Made by a program: the position numbers and the translations under genes | The notes under the pieces: generated by a model | Databases searched by the model: none | Seen by the model: the letters and a program-made list of their open reading frames with translations, nothing else | What the model was told of the DNA's origin: nothing | NCBI GenBank assembly: GCA_030038655.1 | Contig: JASHSP010000113.1 | Location: 5,420 to 69,419, forward strand | DNA from: Thermoplasmata archaeon | GTDB taxonomy: Archaea > Thermoplasmatota > Thermoplasmata > Lutacidiplasmatales > UBA184 | Direction: 5' to 3' | DNA length: 64,000 nucleotides | Part shown: in pieces, positions 35,328-44,572 of the stretch | Layout: the number at the start of each line of letters is the position of its first letter | Position numbering within the stretch: position 1 is the stretch's first letter

Positions 35328-36653
35328 GTGGCGCGTACGGAATCCGGTGCGTCGTCCGATCCCCTCACCGTCCTCCGGGGCCTCCCGTCCGGACAGCGCG
35401 TGGAGATCCGGGACGCCTCCGGGCACGCGTGGAACGGCGCGATCGTCCCCTCGCACGAGCTCTCGGGAAGCCGTATCGTATCGTTGAAGCTCGAGAGCGG
35501 GTACAACGTCGGGGTGGCGATTGACGCCAGCACGGCCGTTCGCGTTGTCGGAGCGCCTCCGTCGGCGCGCTCCGAGCCGGTTCCGGCGGGCCGCGCGTCG
35601 GTCGAGGGAGATCCGGGGGGTTGGATCACGCTGCTCACGACCGGCGGAACGATCGCTTCTCGGGTCGACTACGAGACCGGCGGCGTCCGACCGGTGAGCG
35701 ACGAGCGCGACATCCTCGCGTTCTACCCGGAGTTGGAGGGTTCGGGGGCGGTCCGCGTCATCCCGGTCTTCGATCGCCTGAGCGAGGACATCGGCCCGGC
35801 CGACTGGCTCGTGCTCGCGCAGCGCGTCGTCGACGCGTTCCGGGCGGGGGCGCGGGGCGTGGTGATCGCCCACGGGACCGACACGCTCGGGTTCACGGCC
35901 GCCGGGCTTAGCTTCCTCCTCACCGACCTGCCCGGTCCCGTCGTGCTCGTGGGGGCGCAGCGGTCGCCCGACCGCCCGTCCTCCGACGGGCCGTCCAACA
36001 TCGAGGCCGCGGCAGCCGTGGCGCGGGATCGTCGGCTCGGCGAGGTCGTGGTGGTGATGCACGCGGGCCTCTCGGACGATCGGTTCGCCGTGCACCGCGG
36101 AACGTGGGTCCGTAAGATGCACTCGAGCCGACGGGACGCGTTCGAGAGCCGAAACGGCCCTCCGCTCGGATCGGTCCACGGAGGGACGGTGCACCTTCTC
36201 CCCCTGGTGCGGCCGCCGTCCGCCGGCCCTCCCCGCGTGGACGGACCGATCGACGAGAACGCCGGGCTGCTCTGGTTCTACCCCGGGCTCACCGTCGCGC
36301 GCGCGCGGGCCTTCGCGGCCGGAGTGCGCGGCGTGGTCGTCGCGGGAACGGGGCTCGGCCACGTTCGCTCGGAGTTGATCGACTGGGTCCGGTCCGTCAC
36401 CGCGGAGGGGGTCGTCGTGGCGATGACCACCCAGTGCCTGGAAGGCGGCGCGGACCCCTACGTCTACGCGACGGGGCGAGAGCTCCTTCGGGCGGGGGCG
36501 CTGTACCTCGACGACCTCCTGCCGGAAACGGCCTACGCGAAGCTCGTGTGGGCGCTGGGGCACGCGGACGACCCCGGCCGGATCAAGGCACTCCTCACCC
36601 AGGATCGCGCCGGGGAGTTCCTCCGGCGGCACCGGGCGGAGGGCGAGGCGTGA
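35328..36653 (+). CDS. gatD: Glutamyl-tRNA(Gln) amidotransferase subunit D (GatD)
   Basis: 441 aa with an asparaginase-like fold (LLTTGGTIAS..HGTDTLGFTAAGLSF..) and a GatD-specific N-terminal domain. The stop overlaps the gatE GTG. This is archaea-specific. Confidence 0.85.
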   Translation: MARTESGASSDPLTVLRGLPSGQRVEIRDASGHAWNGAIVPSHELSGSRIVSLKLESGYNVGVAIDASTAVRVVGAPPSARSEPVPAGRASVEGDPGGWITLLTTGGTIASRVDYETGGVRPVSDERDILAFYPELEGSGAVRVIPVFDRLSEDIGPADWLVLAQRVVDAFRAGARGVVIAHGTDTLGFTAAGLSFLLTDLPGPVVLVGAQRSPDRPSSDGPSNIEAAAAVARDRRLGEVVVVMHAGLSDDRFAVHRGTWVRKMHSSRRDAFESRNGPPLGSVHGGTVHLLPLVRPPSAGPPRVDGPIDENAGLLWFYPGLTVARARAFAAGVRGVVVAGTGLGHVRSELIDWVRSVTAEGVVVAMTTQCLEGGADPYVYATGRELLRAGALYLDDLLPETAYAKLVWALGHADDPGRIKALLTQDRAGEFLRRHRAEGEA

Positions 36654-38539
36654 AGGTCGGCCTCGAGGTCCACCAGCAGCTCCTCACCGGCAAGCTGTTC
36701 TGCCGCTGCCCCGCGGAGCTGTCGGACGAGACCGGGGGCTCGTTCGTCCGCCGCCTCCGACCGTCGAGCGGCGAGGACCGCCGGGTCGACGCGGCGGCCG
36801 CCTTCGAAGCGTCCCGGGGATACTCGTTCCGCTACGAGACCGGACCCGTCGACTGCCTCGTGGAGATGGACGAGGAGCCGCCCCGACCGCTCTCCGAGGA
36901 GGCGCTGGACGTCGCCCTCACCCTCGCACTGCTCCTCGACGCGCGGCCGGTCGACGAGGTCGAGGTGATGCGCAAGATCGTCGTGGACGGGTCGAACACC
37001 TCGGGGTTCCAACGGACGGCCCTGGTCGCGGTGGACGGGGCGATCGAGGTCCGGGGGAAGCGCCACGAGATACTGTCGATCTGCCTCGAGGAGGACGCCG
37101 CCCGAAAGGTCCGCGAAGGGAGGGACGAGGTCGTCTACCGACTCGACCGGCTGGGCATCCCGCTGGTCGAGATCGCCACCGGCCCGGACATCCAGTCCGG
37201 GCCCGAGGCCCGGGAGGTTGCCGAGGAGATCGGCGCGCTCGTCCGGGCGACCGGGCGGGCCCGTCGGGGGATCGGTGCCACGCGCGAGGACCTCAACGTC
37301 TCGATCGAGGGGGGGCACCGTATCGAGATCAAGGGAGTACAGGAACTCCGGAAGATCTCCGAGTACGTGGAGGGGGAGGGGGGTCGCCAGCGAGCCCTGC
37401 TCGCGGTGCGGGACGAACTGCGGGGGAGGGGCGCTGCCGTTCCGCCCGGCGCCCCGACCGATGTCGCCGCTCTGTTCGGATCTATCTCCTCCGGCCCGCT
37501 CTCGGCCGCCGCCCGGCACGGCGGTCCGGTGCTGGCGCTCCCGCTCCCCGGATTCGCCGGTCTCCTGGGGCCCCGGCCGGGGACCGAGGAACGCCTCGGT
37601 CGCGAGCTGGCCGAGCAGGCTCGCGCGGTGGGGCTCCGAGGGCTGGTCCACTCCGACGAGCTGCCCGGGTACGGCGTGACGTCCGAGCTTCTCGCGCGGG
37701 TTCGGTCGGAGCTGGGGCTCGCCGACCGGGACGGCTTCGTCCTCATCGCGGATGCGTCCCCCGAACGGGCCCGGACGGCGATCCGGCGGGTGGCGGAGCG
37801 AGCGGGCGCCGCGGTCGAAGGGATCCCCGGCGAGACCCGGGACCCGCTGCCGGACGGTCGAACTCGGTACTCGCGCCCGCTGCCCGGCCGCCACCGGATG
37901 TACCCCGAGACCGACATCCCCCCGATCCCGATCCCCGACGCCCGGCTCCGGCGGCTCCGAAGCGGGCTGCCCGAGCGGCCCGCGGCCCGGCTGGCCCGCC
38001 TCGAGTCCCAGCACGGGCTCAGCCGCGACCTCGTGCGGCAGCTCGTGTACGGGGGAGTGGCGGACTCCTTCGAGACCCTGACGGCCCGGGGACACGCCGC
38101 GGCGATGGTCGCGCGCCTGCTCGTGCAGGACGTTCCCGCGGTCCCCGCGCGGAGCGACGGCACGGCCTTCGAACCGTCGCTCGAGCAGCTCGGCCAGATC
38201 CTGTCGGCGGCAAGCCGGGGTCGGATCGGGAAGGAAGGCATTCCGAGCGTTCTCCGGGCCCTGGCGTCGGGTTCCCCCGACGTGGACTCCGCGATCGCGA
38301 CGACCGGCCTGGAAGGGCTCTCGCCGGACGGCCTCGCATCGCTCGTCGACCGGATCGTGCGGAACCAGGCTTCGATGGTCCGCGCTCGGGGCGGCGAGGC
38401 GTTCTCACCCCTGATGGGCGACGTGATGAAGGAGGTCCGGGGCCGCCGCGACGGGCGCGAGGTCGCCGACGAGCTGCGGAAGGCGATCGCCCGGGTCCTC
38501 GGCGAGACGTCCTCCGCGCCCCCGGGAGCGGGGACGTGA
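36650..38539 (+). CDS. gatE: Glutamyl-tRNA(Gln) amidotransferase subunit E (GatE)
   Basis: The GTG at 36650 gives VKVGLEVHQQLLTGKLFCRCPAELSD.., the canonical GatE N-terminus (GatB/E catalytic domain, GAD insertion, C-terminal YqeY-like tail). About 630 aa; the ORF track's upstream extension is rejected. Confidence 0.85.
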   Translation: MKVGLEVHQQLLTGKLFCRCPAELSDETGGSFVRRLRPSSGEDRRVDAAAAFEASRGYSFRYETGPVDCLVEMDEEPPRPLSEEALDVALTLALLLDARPVDEVEVMRKIVVDGSNTSGFQRTALVAVDGAIEVRGKRHEILSICLEEDAARKVREGRDEVVYRLDRLGIPLVEIATGPDIQSGPEAREVAEEIGALVRATGRARRGIGATREDLNVSIEGGHRIEIKGVQELRKISEYVEGEGGRQRALLAVRDELRGRGAAVPPGAPTDVAALFGSISSGPLSAAARHGGPVLALPLPGFAGLLGPRPGTEERLGRELAEQARAVGLRGLVHSDELPGYGVTSELLARVRSELGLADRDGFVLIADASPERARTAIRRVAERAGAAVEGIPGETRDPLPDGRTRYSRPLPGRHRMYPETDIPPIPIPDARLRRLRSGLPERPAARLARLESQHGLSRDLVRQLVYGGVADSFETLTARGHAAAMVARLLVQDVPAVPARSDGTAFEPSLEQLGQILSAASRGRIGKEGIPSVLRALASGSPDVDSAIATTGLEGLSPDGLASLVDRIVRNQASMVRARGGEAFSPLMGDVMKEVRGRRDGREVADELRKAIARVLGETSSAPPGAGT

Positions 38540-39276
38540 GCCCGCGGCGACGTTCGACGACGAGCTCGGCGGGCCCGTGGTCGCGGGCGCGACTCCGGGC
38601 CGTAGTGACCGACGTCGACGGGACCCTCACCGACGCGCGGCGTCGGCTCGACCCGCGGGCGCTGGACGCGGTGCGCCGGCTCGAGTCCGGAGGGATACCG
38701 GTCGTCCTCTCCACCGGCAACGTCCTCCCGATCTCCCTGGCCCTCCACCGATTCCTCGGGCTCTCGGGCCCGATCGTCGCGGAGAACGGCGGGATCGTGT
38801 ACCGTAGGGAGGGAGGCCGGGACGTCGTGGTGCACCGGGCCGACCCGCGGGTAGCCCGCGCCGCGTTCCGGGCGGTGCGGCGGGCGGGGATACCGGCGCG
38901 GCGGCTGTTCACCGACCGCTGGCGCGAGACGGAGGTCGCTCTCGAGCCGGGCGTATCGCTCGCCGCGGTCCGTCGCGCCGTGGCCGGCCGCCGCGTGACG
39001 GTGGAATCGACCGGTTACGCAATCCACCTGATGGAGCGTGGCGCCGGCAAGCTTCCGGCGCTCCGGTTCGCCCTCGGACCGCTCGGGCTGACGCCGGCCG
39101 ACTGCGTGGTGCTGGGCGACGGCGACAACGACGTCGCGATGCTGCGCGCGGCCGGGTTCGCGGTCAGCTTCCCGTCCGCGAGCCCCCGGGCCCGGGCGGC
39201 GGCCCGGTACCTCACCCGCTCGAGCTTTTCGGGCGGATTTGTCGAAGGCCTTAAGGCGGCTCACCTCCTCGGCTGA
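38536..39276 (+). CDS. HAD-superfamily subfamily IIB hydrolase, archaeal phosphoglycolate phosphatase-like
   Basis: HAD motif I VVTDVDGTLTD, motif II LSTGN, motif III K and motif IV VLGDGDNDVAML are present. The GTG overlaps the gatE stop. Confidence 0.65.
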   Translation: MSPRRRSTTSSAGPWSRARLRAVVTDVDGTLTDARRRLDPRALDAVRRLESGGIPVVLSTGNVLPISLALHRFLGLSGPIVAENGGIVYRREGGRDVVVHRADPRVARAAFRAVRRAGIPARRLFTDRWRETEVALEPGVSLAAVRRAVAGRRVTVESTGYAIHLMERGAGKLPALRFALGPLGLTPADCVVLGDGDNDVAMLRAAGFAVSFPSASPRARAAARYLTRSSFSGGFVEGLKAAHLLG

Positions 39277-39300
39277 ACGTCCCCGCCGGGAGGGAATCCG

Positions 39301-39516
39301 ATGCTCGTCGGCCAGTGCGCGCGATGCGGTGCACCGGCGACGCTGGGGTGCACGATCTGCGGCCGGACCTTCTGCCGCGAACACCTCGACTCGGACGAAC
39401 GGGTCTGCGCGGACTGCCTCGCGAACCAGAAGCGGGCGCGGAGCCCCATCGAGGTCCGATCCCCGCCGTCGCGGCGAATCGCGCGCCGTCCGCCCGCCCC
39501 CGGACGGACGCAGTAA
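39301..39516 (+). CDS. Small Cys-rich zinc-finger protein (CxxC..CxxC..C.EH..CxxC)
   Basis: 71 aa: MLVGQCARCGAPATLGCTICGRTFCREHLDSDERVCADCL, with HIT/AN1-like zinc-finger spacing and a basic tail. Confidence 0.45.
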   Translation: MLVGQCARCGAPATLGCTICGRTFCREHLDSDERVCADCLANQKRARSPIEVRSPPSRRIARRPPAPGRTQ

Positions 39517-39522
39517 CCCGGG

Positions 39523-39852
39523 TCAGTCCCCGCGCGGGTAGTCGTATCCGGGCAGGACGATCGCACCCTTCGGCGCGCTCCGGCCGACCAGGAGGAGCAC
39601 GATGCCCATCGCGCCGGTGCCGAGGCCGAAGGCGAGGGTCGCCCAGGCGTACGGCCCGAGCGAGGGCCCGAAGTAGACGCCGAGGAGCCGCATCCCTCCC
39701 TTCGGGGCAAGGTAGTGGAGGAGGGCGTTCGCGACGACCCCGAGCCCCCAGCCGAGGAAGAGCAGCAGGCCCCCCGCGATGAAGTATCCTCGACGCTCGT
39801 CGCCCTGGGGGTCGAACGGCGGGACCGCCGGGGTCTCCTGGATGTCCACCAC
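39523..39852 (-). CDS. Small hypothetical membrane protein (2-3 TM)
   Basis: 109 aa with hydrophobic helices GYFIAGGLLLFLGWGLGVVANALLHYL and WATLAFGLGTGAMGIVLLLVG. Confidence 0.4.
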   Translation of the reverse strand: MVDIQETPAVPPFDPQGDERRGYFIAGGLLLFLGWGLGVVANALLHYLAPKGGMRLLGVYFGPSLGPYAWATLAFGLGTGAMGIVLLLVGRSAPKGAIVLPGYDYPRGD

Positions 39853-39977
39853 GTCCGGCCGACCGTGCGGCCGTCTATAGTCTCTTCGCCGGGGGGCGGC
39901 CCCGCCCGCCGCGTTCCGCCGCGGCGCGGCCGCCCCCGCCCGGGCCGGGGCGACGGTTCCGAGAGGTGTTATGTGAT

Positions 39978-39992
39978 GTATTTATATACAAT
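39978..39992 (+). promoter_or_regulatory. Strong archaeal TATA box (TTTATATA) in an AT-rich island upstream of hsp20
   Basis: GTGATGTATTTATATACAATCGCAAACTTACTGATTCC is the most AT-rich stretch in the window. The TATA lies ~45 nt upstream of the ATG at 40032. Confidence 0.55.
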
Positions 39993-40031
39993 CGCAAACT
40001 TACTGATTCCGACAAACGTCGAGGTGCATCG

Positions 40032-40520
40032 ATGACGAAGGATATCCAGAAGACGCCCGGACCGACCGACCTCCCGACCGATTTCGACCGCGCGATCGAC
40101 CTTCTGCGCGAGCGGTTCCTCGACACTTTCGGTTTTGCGCCGTTCGGAGCCCCGTTCGGCGCGGTCGAGAGCGCGGGCGACGGATGCTTCCACCCGGCCC
40201 GGACCGACGTCTCCGATACGGGGAAGTCGTACCGTATCGTTGCCGAGGTCCCCGGGATCCCGAAGGAGAAGCTCGACATCCGCGTCCGCGGGACGAGCGT
40301 CGCGATCCGCGGCGAGAACGTGAAGGAGTCCGCGGCCACCGGCTCCGAGTGGGTCCACCGCGAGCGGACCTACGCCGGCTACCAGCGATCGTTCGAGCTG
40401 CCGGAGCCGGTCGTCGGCGCGCGGGCCACGGCGAAGGTCGAGAACGGCGTGCTGGAGCTCGAGCTCCCGAAGGAGCACCCCACGCCCTCGCCGGACGAGG
40501 TCAAGGTCCCGGTCCCGTAG
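40032..40520 (+). CDS. hsp20: Small heat-shock protein, Hsp20/alpha-crystallin family
   Basis: 162 aa with the alpha-crystallin domain: SYRIVAEVPGIPKEKLDIRVRGTSVAIRGE..YQRSFELPEPVV..AKVENGVLELELPK. Confidence 0.85.
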   Translation: MTKDIQKTPGPTDLPTDFDRAIDLLRERFLDTFGFAPFGAPFGAVESAGDGCFHPARTDVSDTGKSYRIVAEVPGIPKEKLDIRVRGTSVAIRGENVKESAATGSEWVHRERTYAGYQRSFELPEPVVGARATAKVENGVLELELPKEHPTPSPDEVKVPVP

Positions 40521-40543
40521 ACCGGAGCGACATCCCGACCCCC

Positions 40544-40590
40544 GGGGCCTGCCGCGCGCAGGCGGGCCCAGGGGGCCCACCTTTTTTCCC
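40544..40590 (+). terminator. Putative intrinsic terminator (GC hairpin plus oligo-T) after hsp20
   Basis: GGGCCTGCCGCGCGCAGGCGGGCCC contains the inverted repeat CCTGC/GCAGG and is followed by CACCTTTTTTCCC, a T6 tract rare in this GC-rich genome. Confidence 0.4.
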
Positions 40591-40598
40591 CCGCCGGC

Positions 40599-40898
40599 TC
40601 AGCCGAAGCCGGGGAGCGCCTTCGAGTCGCGCCCACCGCCCTGGCGGAGCGGCGCCTTCCGAAGCTCCTTGCCCGCTTCGACGAGTCGGATCAAGGGGGC
40701 GGACTGGACGACGTACGTCGGGAGCCCGGTCGCCGGGTCGTTCCCGGCGCGCAGCACGTTCATGATCTCGAGCCGGACCTCGACCACCGACCCGTCCTTC
40801 AGCTTCAGCCGAAGGCGGCCGTCCCCCTCGACGATCGTGTAGTCGACGATCTCGGCGTTCGAGAGGTCCGGGGCGGGCCCGCCCGTCGGCCCCATCAT
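40599..40898 (-). CDS. Conserved hypothetical 99-aa protein in the uL11-Spt5 cluster
   Basis: Beta-rich protein MMGPTGGPAPDLSNAEIVDYTIVEGDGRLRLKLKDGSVVEVRLEIMNVLRAGNDPATGLPTYVVQSAPLIRLVEAGKELRK. It overlaps the rpl11 stop by 4 nt and sits where rpl1 would be expected. Confidence 0.4.
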   Translation of the reverse strand: MMGPTGGPAPDLSNAEIVDYTIVEGDGRLRLKLKDGSVVEVRLEIMNVLRAGNDPATGLPTYVVQSAPLIRLVEAGKELRKAPLRQGGGRDSKALPGFG

Positions 40899-41371
40899 CG
40901 CGCGCCCCGGGCGGCGATGCGCGACTTCAGGAGCGCGCGGGGGTCCTCCCCTCCGACGGTGATCCCGAGCGAGACGCAGGTCCCGATGACCTGGTTCATC
41001 CTCTCCTCGACCGTCCGCCCGAACAGGTCCTCCCCCTTCGCGTCGGCGATCCGCCGGATCGCCTCCAACGGTACGTCCCCGACCGTCTCGGTCTTCGGTT
41101 TGCCGGAGCCCTTCTCCTTGCCGGCCTCCTTGAGGAGGAGCGCGGCGACGGGGGGCCGGCCGACACTGAGCGTGAACGCGCGCGTCGCGGCGTCGACGCG
41201 GACGACGACCGGAACGCGCATCCCGGCGAACTGCTTGGTCTCCTCGTTGATCTTCGCGACCACCTGGCCGACGTTGACCCCGAGCGGCCCGAGCGCGGGA
41301 CCGAGCGGCGGCCCGGCCGACGCCTTGCCGCCCTCGACCAGGAGGCTCACCTCATCCGCCAGACTTCCCAC
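40895..41371 (-). CDS. rpl11: 50S ribosomal protein L11 (uL11)
   Basis: 158 aa: ..VEGGKASAGPPLGPALGPLGVNVGQVVAKINEETKQFAGMRVPVVV.., with the uL11 N-terminal KOW-like and C-terminal RNA-binding domains. Confidence 0.85.
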   Translation of the reverse strand: MGSLADEVSLLVEGGKASAGPPLGPALGPLGVNVGQVVAKINEETKQFAGMRVPVVVRVDAATRAFTLSVGRPPVAALLLKEAGKEKGSGKPKTETVGDVPLEAIRRIADAKGEDLFGRTVEERMNQVIGTCVSLGITVGGEDPRALLKSRIAARGAR

Positions 41372-42344
41372 CTCCCTTCTCGAGCATGCGGACGTGGTCG
41401 CCCCGCACCGTGACCGGGATCGGGACGACCGCTTCGATCAGCTCCACCGTGATCTCCTCCTTGGCCTGGTCGATCTTCTTCACGCGCGCCTTCTCCCCCT
41501 TGAACGGTCCCGAGATGAGCTCGACGATCGCTCCCTCGACGAACCCTTCGACGGTGATCTTCGGGACGAGGAGGGGCTCGACCTCCTTGAGGGTCGTCTC
41601 CCCCTCGACGAGGCCGCGGGCCTTGCGGATCCCCTTCAGCATCTCGCGGACCCCCTCGAAGCTCATCCCCTCGGCGAAGACGTACCCGCGGATCGCGGAC
41701 GGGACGAGGAGCGAGAACACGACGTCCGGCTTCTCCTCGGTGCGGGCGAGGAGCGTGTCGGCGACCTCTCGCTCGTAGCCGCGGGAGGTCTTGATCGCAA
41801 GGACCGCCTGCCGGGCGACGCACGCGAGCGTGAGCTTCGGGTTCGCCCCGGCGTCCGGCGACTCGATCTCGAGCCGGACCTCGACGCGGTCCCCGTACCG
41901 CACCCCGACGGGCGCGGTGATCTCGAACGACAGCGGCAGCCCCGCGTTCGGGCCGACGTGGACGTTCTGGCGCTCCTTCCGCGGGAACAGCTCGGCGCGC
42001 CCCCGCTTCCCCGGAGGGGCCCAGCTGACCGGCCATTCTGCCCCCTCGCCGGGGTAGGTCGACTTGTACCCGACCTCGACGGAGAGGGTGGCGTCGATCG
42101 GCTCCGACGATCGGCTCGAGAGGACGGCGGAGAGGGTCGTGACCGTGCCCGCCGTCACCTCGCGCGTGGTGTCGTCCGCGGCCTGGATCGAGAGGAGCCG
42201 GGCCGGCGCGGGCTTCGCGACGGGGGGCGGCGCGGTCGCCACCGGCACCGACGCCGTCGGCACGGCGGGCGACGCCTTCGCGGCCGGTTCCGGGGGGGCC
42301 CCCGAGAGGAGTCCGTTCCCCTGGTCGTTCCCTTCCCCGTCCAT
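41352..42344 (-). CDS. spt5: Transcription elongation factor Spt5 (NusG homologue) with an in-frame ~180-aa N-terminal extension
   Basis: The C-terminal 150 aa are canonical NGN+KOW (VLAIKTSRGYEREVADTL..VPSAIRGYVFAEG..GPFKGEKARVKKIDQAKEEITVELIEAVVPIPVTVRGDHVRML). The upstream 180 aa are in-frame with no stop. They are protein-like and beta-rich (LSVEVGYKSTYPGEGAEWPVSW, PLSFEITAPVGVRYGDRVEVRLEIESPD) behind an Ala/Pro-rich leader. Confidence 0.7.
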   Translation of the reverse strand: MDGEGNDQGNGLLSGAPPEPAAKASPAVPTASVPVATAPPPVAKPAPARLLSIQAADDTTREVTAGTVTTLSAVLSSRSSEPIDATLSVEVGYKSTYPGEGAEWPVSWAPPGKRGRAELFPRKERQNVHVGPNAGLPLSFEITAPVGVRYGDRVEVRLEIESPDAGANPKLTLACVARQAVLAIKTSRGYEREVADTLLARTEEKPDVVFSLLVPSAIRGYVFAEGMSFEGVREMLKGIRKARGLVEGETTLKEVEPLLVPKITVEGFVEGAIVELISGPFKGEKARVKKIDQAKEEITVELIEAVVPIPVTVRGDHVRMLEKGGGKSGG

Positions 42345-42365
42345 CGATCCCCGCCCGCGTCGCCT

Positions 42366-42611
42366 TCAGAGCCGCGACAGGATGTTCGCCCAGAACCACG
42401 GCCCGGCCGACGTGAAGAAGATGTAGATCGCGAACCCGGTAAGGCCGATGAGCACCGCGCCCAGCCACGTGACCCCGAGGACCTTGACGTACTCCTCCGA
42501 GGTCGGGCGGCGGGCCATCCGGAGTATGCGCCCGTACTTGCCGTGGCCGACGCTTCGAAGTCGGGCGTCGACCTCGTCCTGGATGTGACGCGCGCGGTCT
42601 AGGAACGCCAT
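42366..42611 (-). CDS. secE: Protein translocase subunit SecE (Sec61 gamma)
   Basis: 81 aa with a single C-terminal TM (VLGVTWLGAVLIGLTGFAIYIFFT). It sits in the conserved ftsZ-secE-spt5-rpl11 order. Confidence 0.7.
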   Translation of the reverse strand: MAFLDRARHIQDEVDARLRSVGHGKYGRILRMARRPTSEEYVKVLGVTWLGAVLIGLTGFAIYIFFTSAGPWFWANILSRL

Positions 42612-42623
42612 GAGGATCGATCT

Positions 42624-43748
42624 CTAGTGAACGACGTCGAGCTCGGGGCCCGCCTTGCGGGCGACCGGGGCCCGACTCGCCCCGCCCGCGAAAATCTGGG
42701 GGGATTTAACGCCCGTCACGACCAGCATCACGCGTATCGTGCTCTGCATCGTCGGGTCGACCGCCGCCCCCCAGATGATGCGGGCGGTCGGACTTACGGT
42801 CTTCTGCACGACCTCGGCGGCCTTCTGGGCCTCGGCCACCGTCATGTCCGGCCCCCCGGTGACGTTGATCAGCGCCCCGGTCGCGCCCGCGATGTCGACG
42901 TGGAGGAGCGGGGAGTTGATCGCCTCCAGGACGGCGTCCTCCGCCCGGTTCTCGCTCTCGGACTCGCCGATGCCGATGAGGGCGACCCCGCCGCCCTTCA
43001 TGATCGTGCGCAGGTCGTTGAAGTCCAGGTTGACCAGGCCGGGCCGCGTGATGATCTCCGTGATCCCGCGGATGGCACGGGCCAGGACCGAGTCGGCGAC
43101 CTTGAACGCGGTCTGGATCGGGAGTCGCGGGACCAGCTCGAGAAGCCGGTCGTTCGGGATCGTGATCACGGTGTCGATGACCTCCCGCAACCGCTCCAGA
43201 CCCCAGCTCGCGTTCTCCTGGCGGACCAGGCCCTCGGACGCGAACGGCAACGTGCAGACCGCGATCGTGAGGGGCGGGGCGCCGCCGGAATCCTTCGCGC
43301 ACTGCGCGACGACCGGGGCCGAGCCGGTGCCGGTCCCGCCGCCGAGACCGAGCGTGATGAACACCATGTCCGAGTTCGCGAGCGTCTTCTTGAGCTCGTC
43401 CTCGGCCTCCTTCGCGGCCTGCTCGCCGACTTGGGGGAGCGCGCCCGCCCCGAGCCCGCGGGTGAGCCGTCGGCCCAGGAGGATCTTGCGCGGGGCATGG
43501 ATCGTGAGGAGATGCTGCGCGTCGGTGTTGCAGGCGACCATCTCGGCGCCCGCGAGGCCCTCCTCGGTGAGCCGGTTGATCGTGTTGCACCCGCCCCCCC
43601 CGCATCCGACGACCTTGATGTTCGTCTTCAGCGAGGCGAGCACCGCCTCGAGCTCGGCGTCGTCGTTCGTCGGCGGCGGAGGGGCGGGAGTCCCCTTCCT
43701 CCCCTCGCCCGGAAGGTGGGCCAGGATCTCCTGAGCGAGCGGTCGCAT
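42624..43748 (-). CDS. ftsZ: Cell division GTPase FtsZ
   Basis: Tubulin signature [13 protein letters not shown] and [17 protein letters not shown] are present. The ORF track starts at 43805, but the TATA box at 43794-43802 lies inside that extension. The Met of [12 protein letters not shown] (43746-43748) is the likely start. Confidence 0.8.
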   Translation of the reverse strand: MRPLAQEILAHLPGEGRKGTPAPPPPTNDDAELEAVLASLKTNIKVVGCGGGGCNTINRLTEEGLAGAEMVACNTDAQHLLTIHAPRKILLGRRLTRGLGAGALPQVGEQAAKEAEDELKKTLANSDMVFITLGLGGGTGTGSAPVVAQCAKDSGGAPPLTIAVCTLPFASEGLVRQENASWGLERLREVIDTVITIPNDRLLELVPRLPIQTAFKVADSVLARAIRGITEIITRPGLVNLDFNDLRTIMKGGGVALIGIGESESENRAEDAVLEAINSPLLHVDIAGATGALINVTGGPDMTVAEAQKAAEVVQKTVSPTARIIWGAAVDPTMQSTIRVMLVVTGVKSPQIFAGGASRAPVARKAGPELDVVH

Positions 43749-43791
43749 CACGAGAGTATTCCTCGGGACGCGCAGCACCGGCGTCATTATA

Positions 43792-43806
43792 AAGGGTTGG
43801 CGCAAA
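43792..43806. promoter_or_regulatory. Bidirectional palindromic TATA element (CATTATAAAG / CTTTATAATG) between ftsZ and mptE
   Basis: The only AT island in the 84-bp divergent intergenic region. It is ~30 nt from the mptE GTG and ~48 nt from the proposed ftsZ ATG. Confidence 0.4.
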
Positions 43807-43831
43807 GTCGGCGACCTCGGCGGGGCGAGCC

Positions 43832-44572
43832 GTGCGGTACGACGTCTGGGCTCCCCGGTACGCTCGGATCCGGGACGAGTTCGGGTTCCCGTTCGAGCGG
43901 GAGGAGGCCGCGGCGGCGACCCTCGAACGCCTGCTCTCTCCCGCCGACCGTCTCGACCCCCTCGGCCGGATCCGGTCGCGGCTTGCCGGCCACGACGCGA
44001 TCGTGGTCGGGCTCGCGCCGGACGCCGGACCCCCGCCGGTCTGGCGTCTGCCCGCGACGCCGGACCGGCCGGTCCTGATCGCGGCGGACGGCGCCACCGA
44101 GCGGTGTCTCACCGGGGGCCTCGTCCCCGCGGTGGTCGTGACCGACCTCGACGGTCCGGTGCCGTCGGAGGTCACGGCGAACCAGCGCGGGAGCCTCGTC
44201 CTCGTCCACGCCCACGGCGACAACATACCGGCGCTCGAGCGGTGGGTCCCCGAGTTCCCGGGGGAGCTGGCCGGCTCCTGGGCGGGGCCGCCCCGCCCCG
44301 CGCTGCTCAACGTCGGCGGCTTCACGGACGGGGATCGCGCGGCGTACCTCGCGGAGGCCGTCGGGGCCCGGCGGATCCTCCTCTGGGGATTCGACTTCGA
44401 GTCGGTCGAGGAACCGGAAGAAGGGGCGCGGACCCGCAAGCTGGCCAAGTTGGCGTGCGCGCGACGGTTGCTGGAGGAGCTCGCCGCGGCGGGGAGCGTG
44501 CCGGTCCTGCGGTGGTCGCGCGACGGCTCGATCGGTCCCTACGGGACGAGCCGCGACGAGTCGACGAGGTAG
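43832..44572 (+). CDS. mptE: 6-hydroxymethyl-7,8-dihydropterin pyrophosphokinase, archaeal MptE type (DUF115)
   Basis: Family motifs VVTDLDG, HAHGDN and GFTDGDRA are present. About 246 aa. Confidence 0.65.
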   Translation: MRYDVWAPRYARIRDEFGFPFEREEAAAATLERLLSPADRLDPLGRIRSRLAGHDAIVVGLAPDAGPPPVWRLPATPDRPVLIAADGATERCLTGGLVPAVVVTDLDGPVPSEVTANQRGSLVLVHAHGDNIPALERWVPEFPGELAGSWAGPPRPALLNVGGFTDGDRAAYLAEAVGARRILLWGFDFESVEEPEEGARTRKLAKLACARRLLEELAAAGSVPVLRWSRDGSIGPYGTSRDESTR

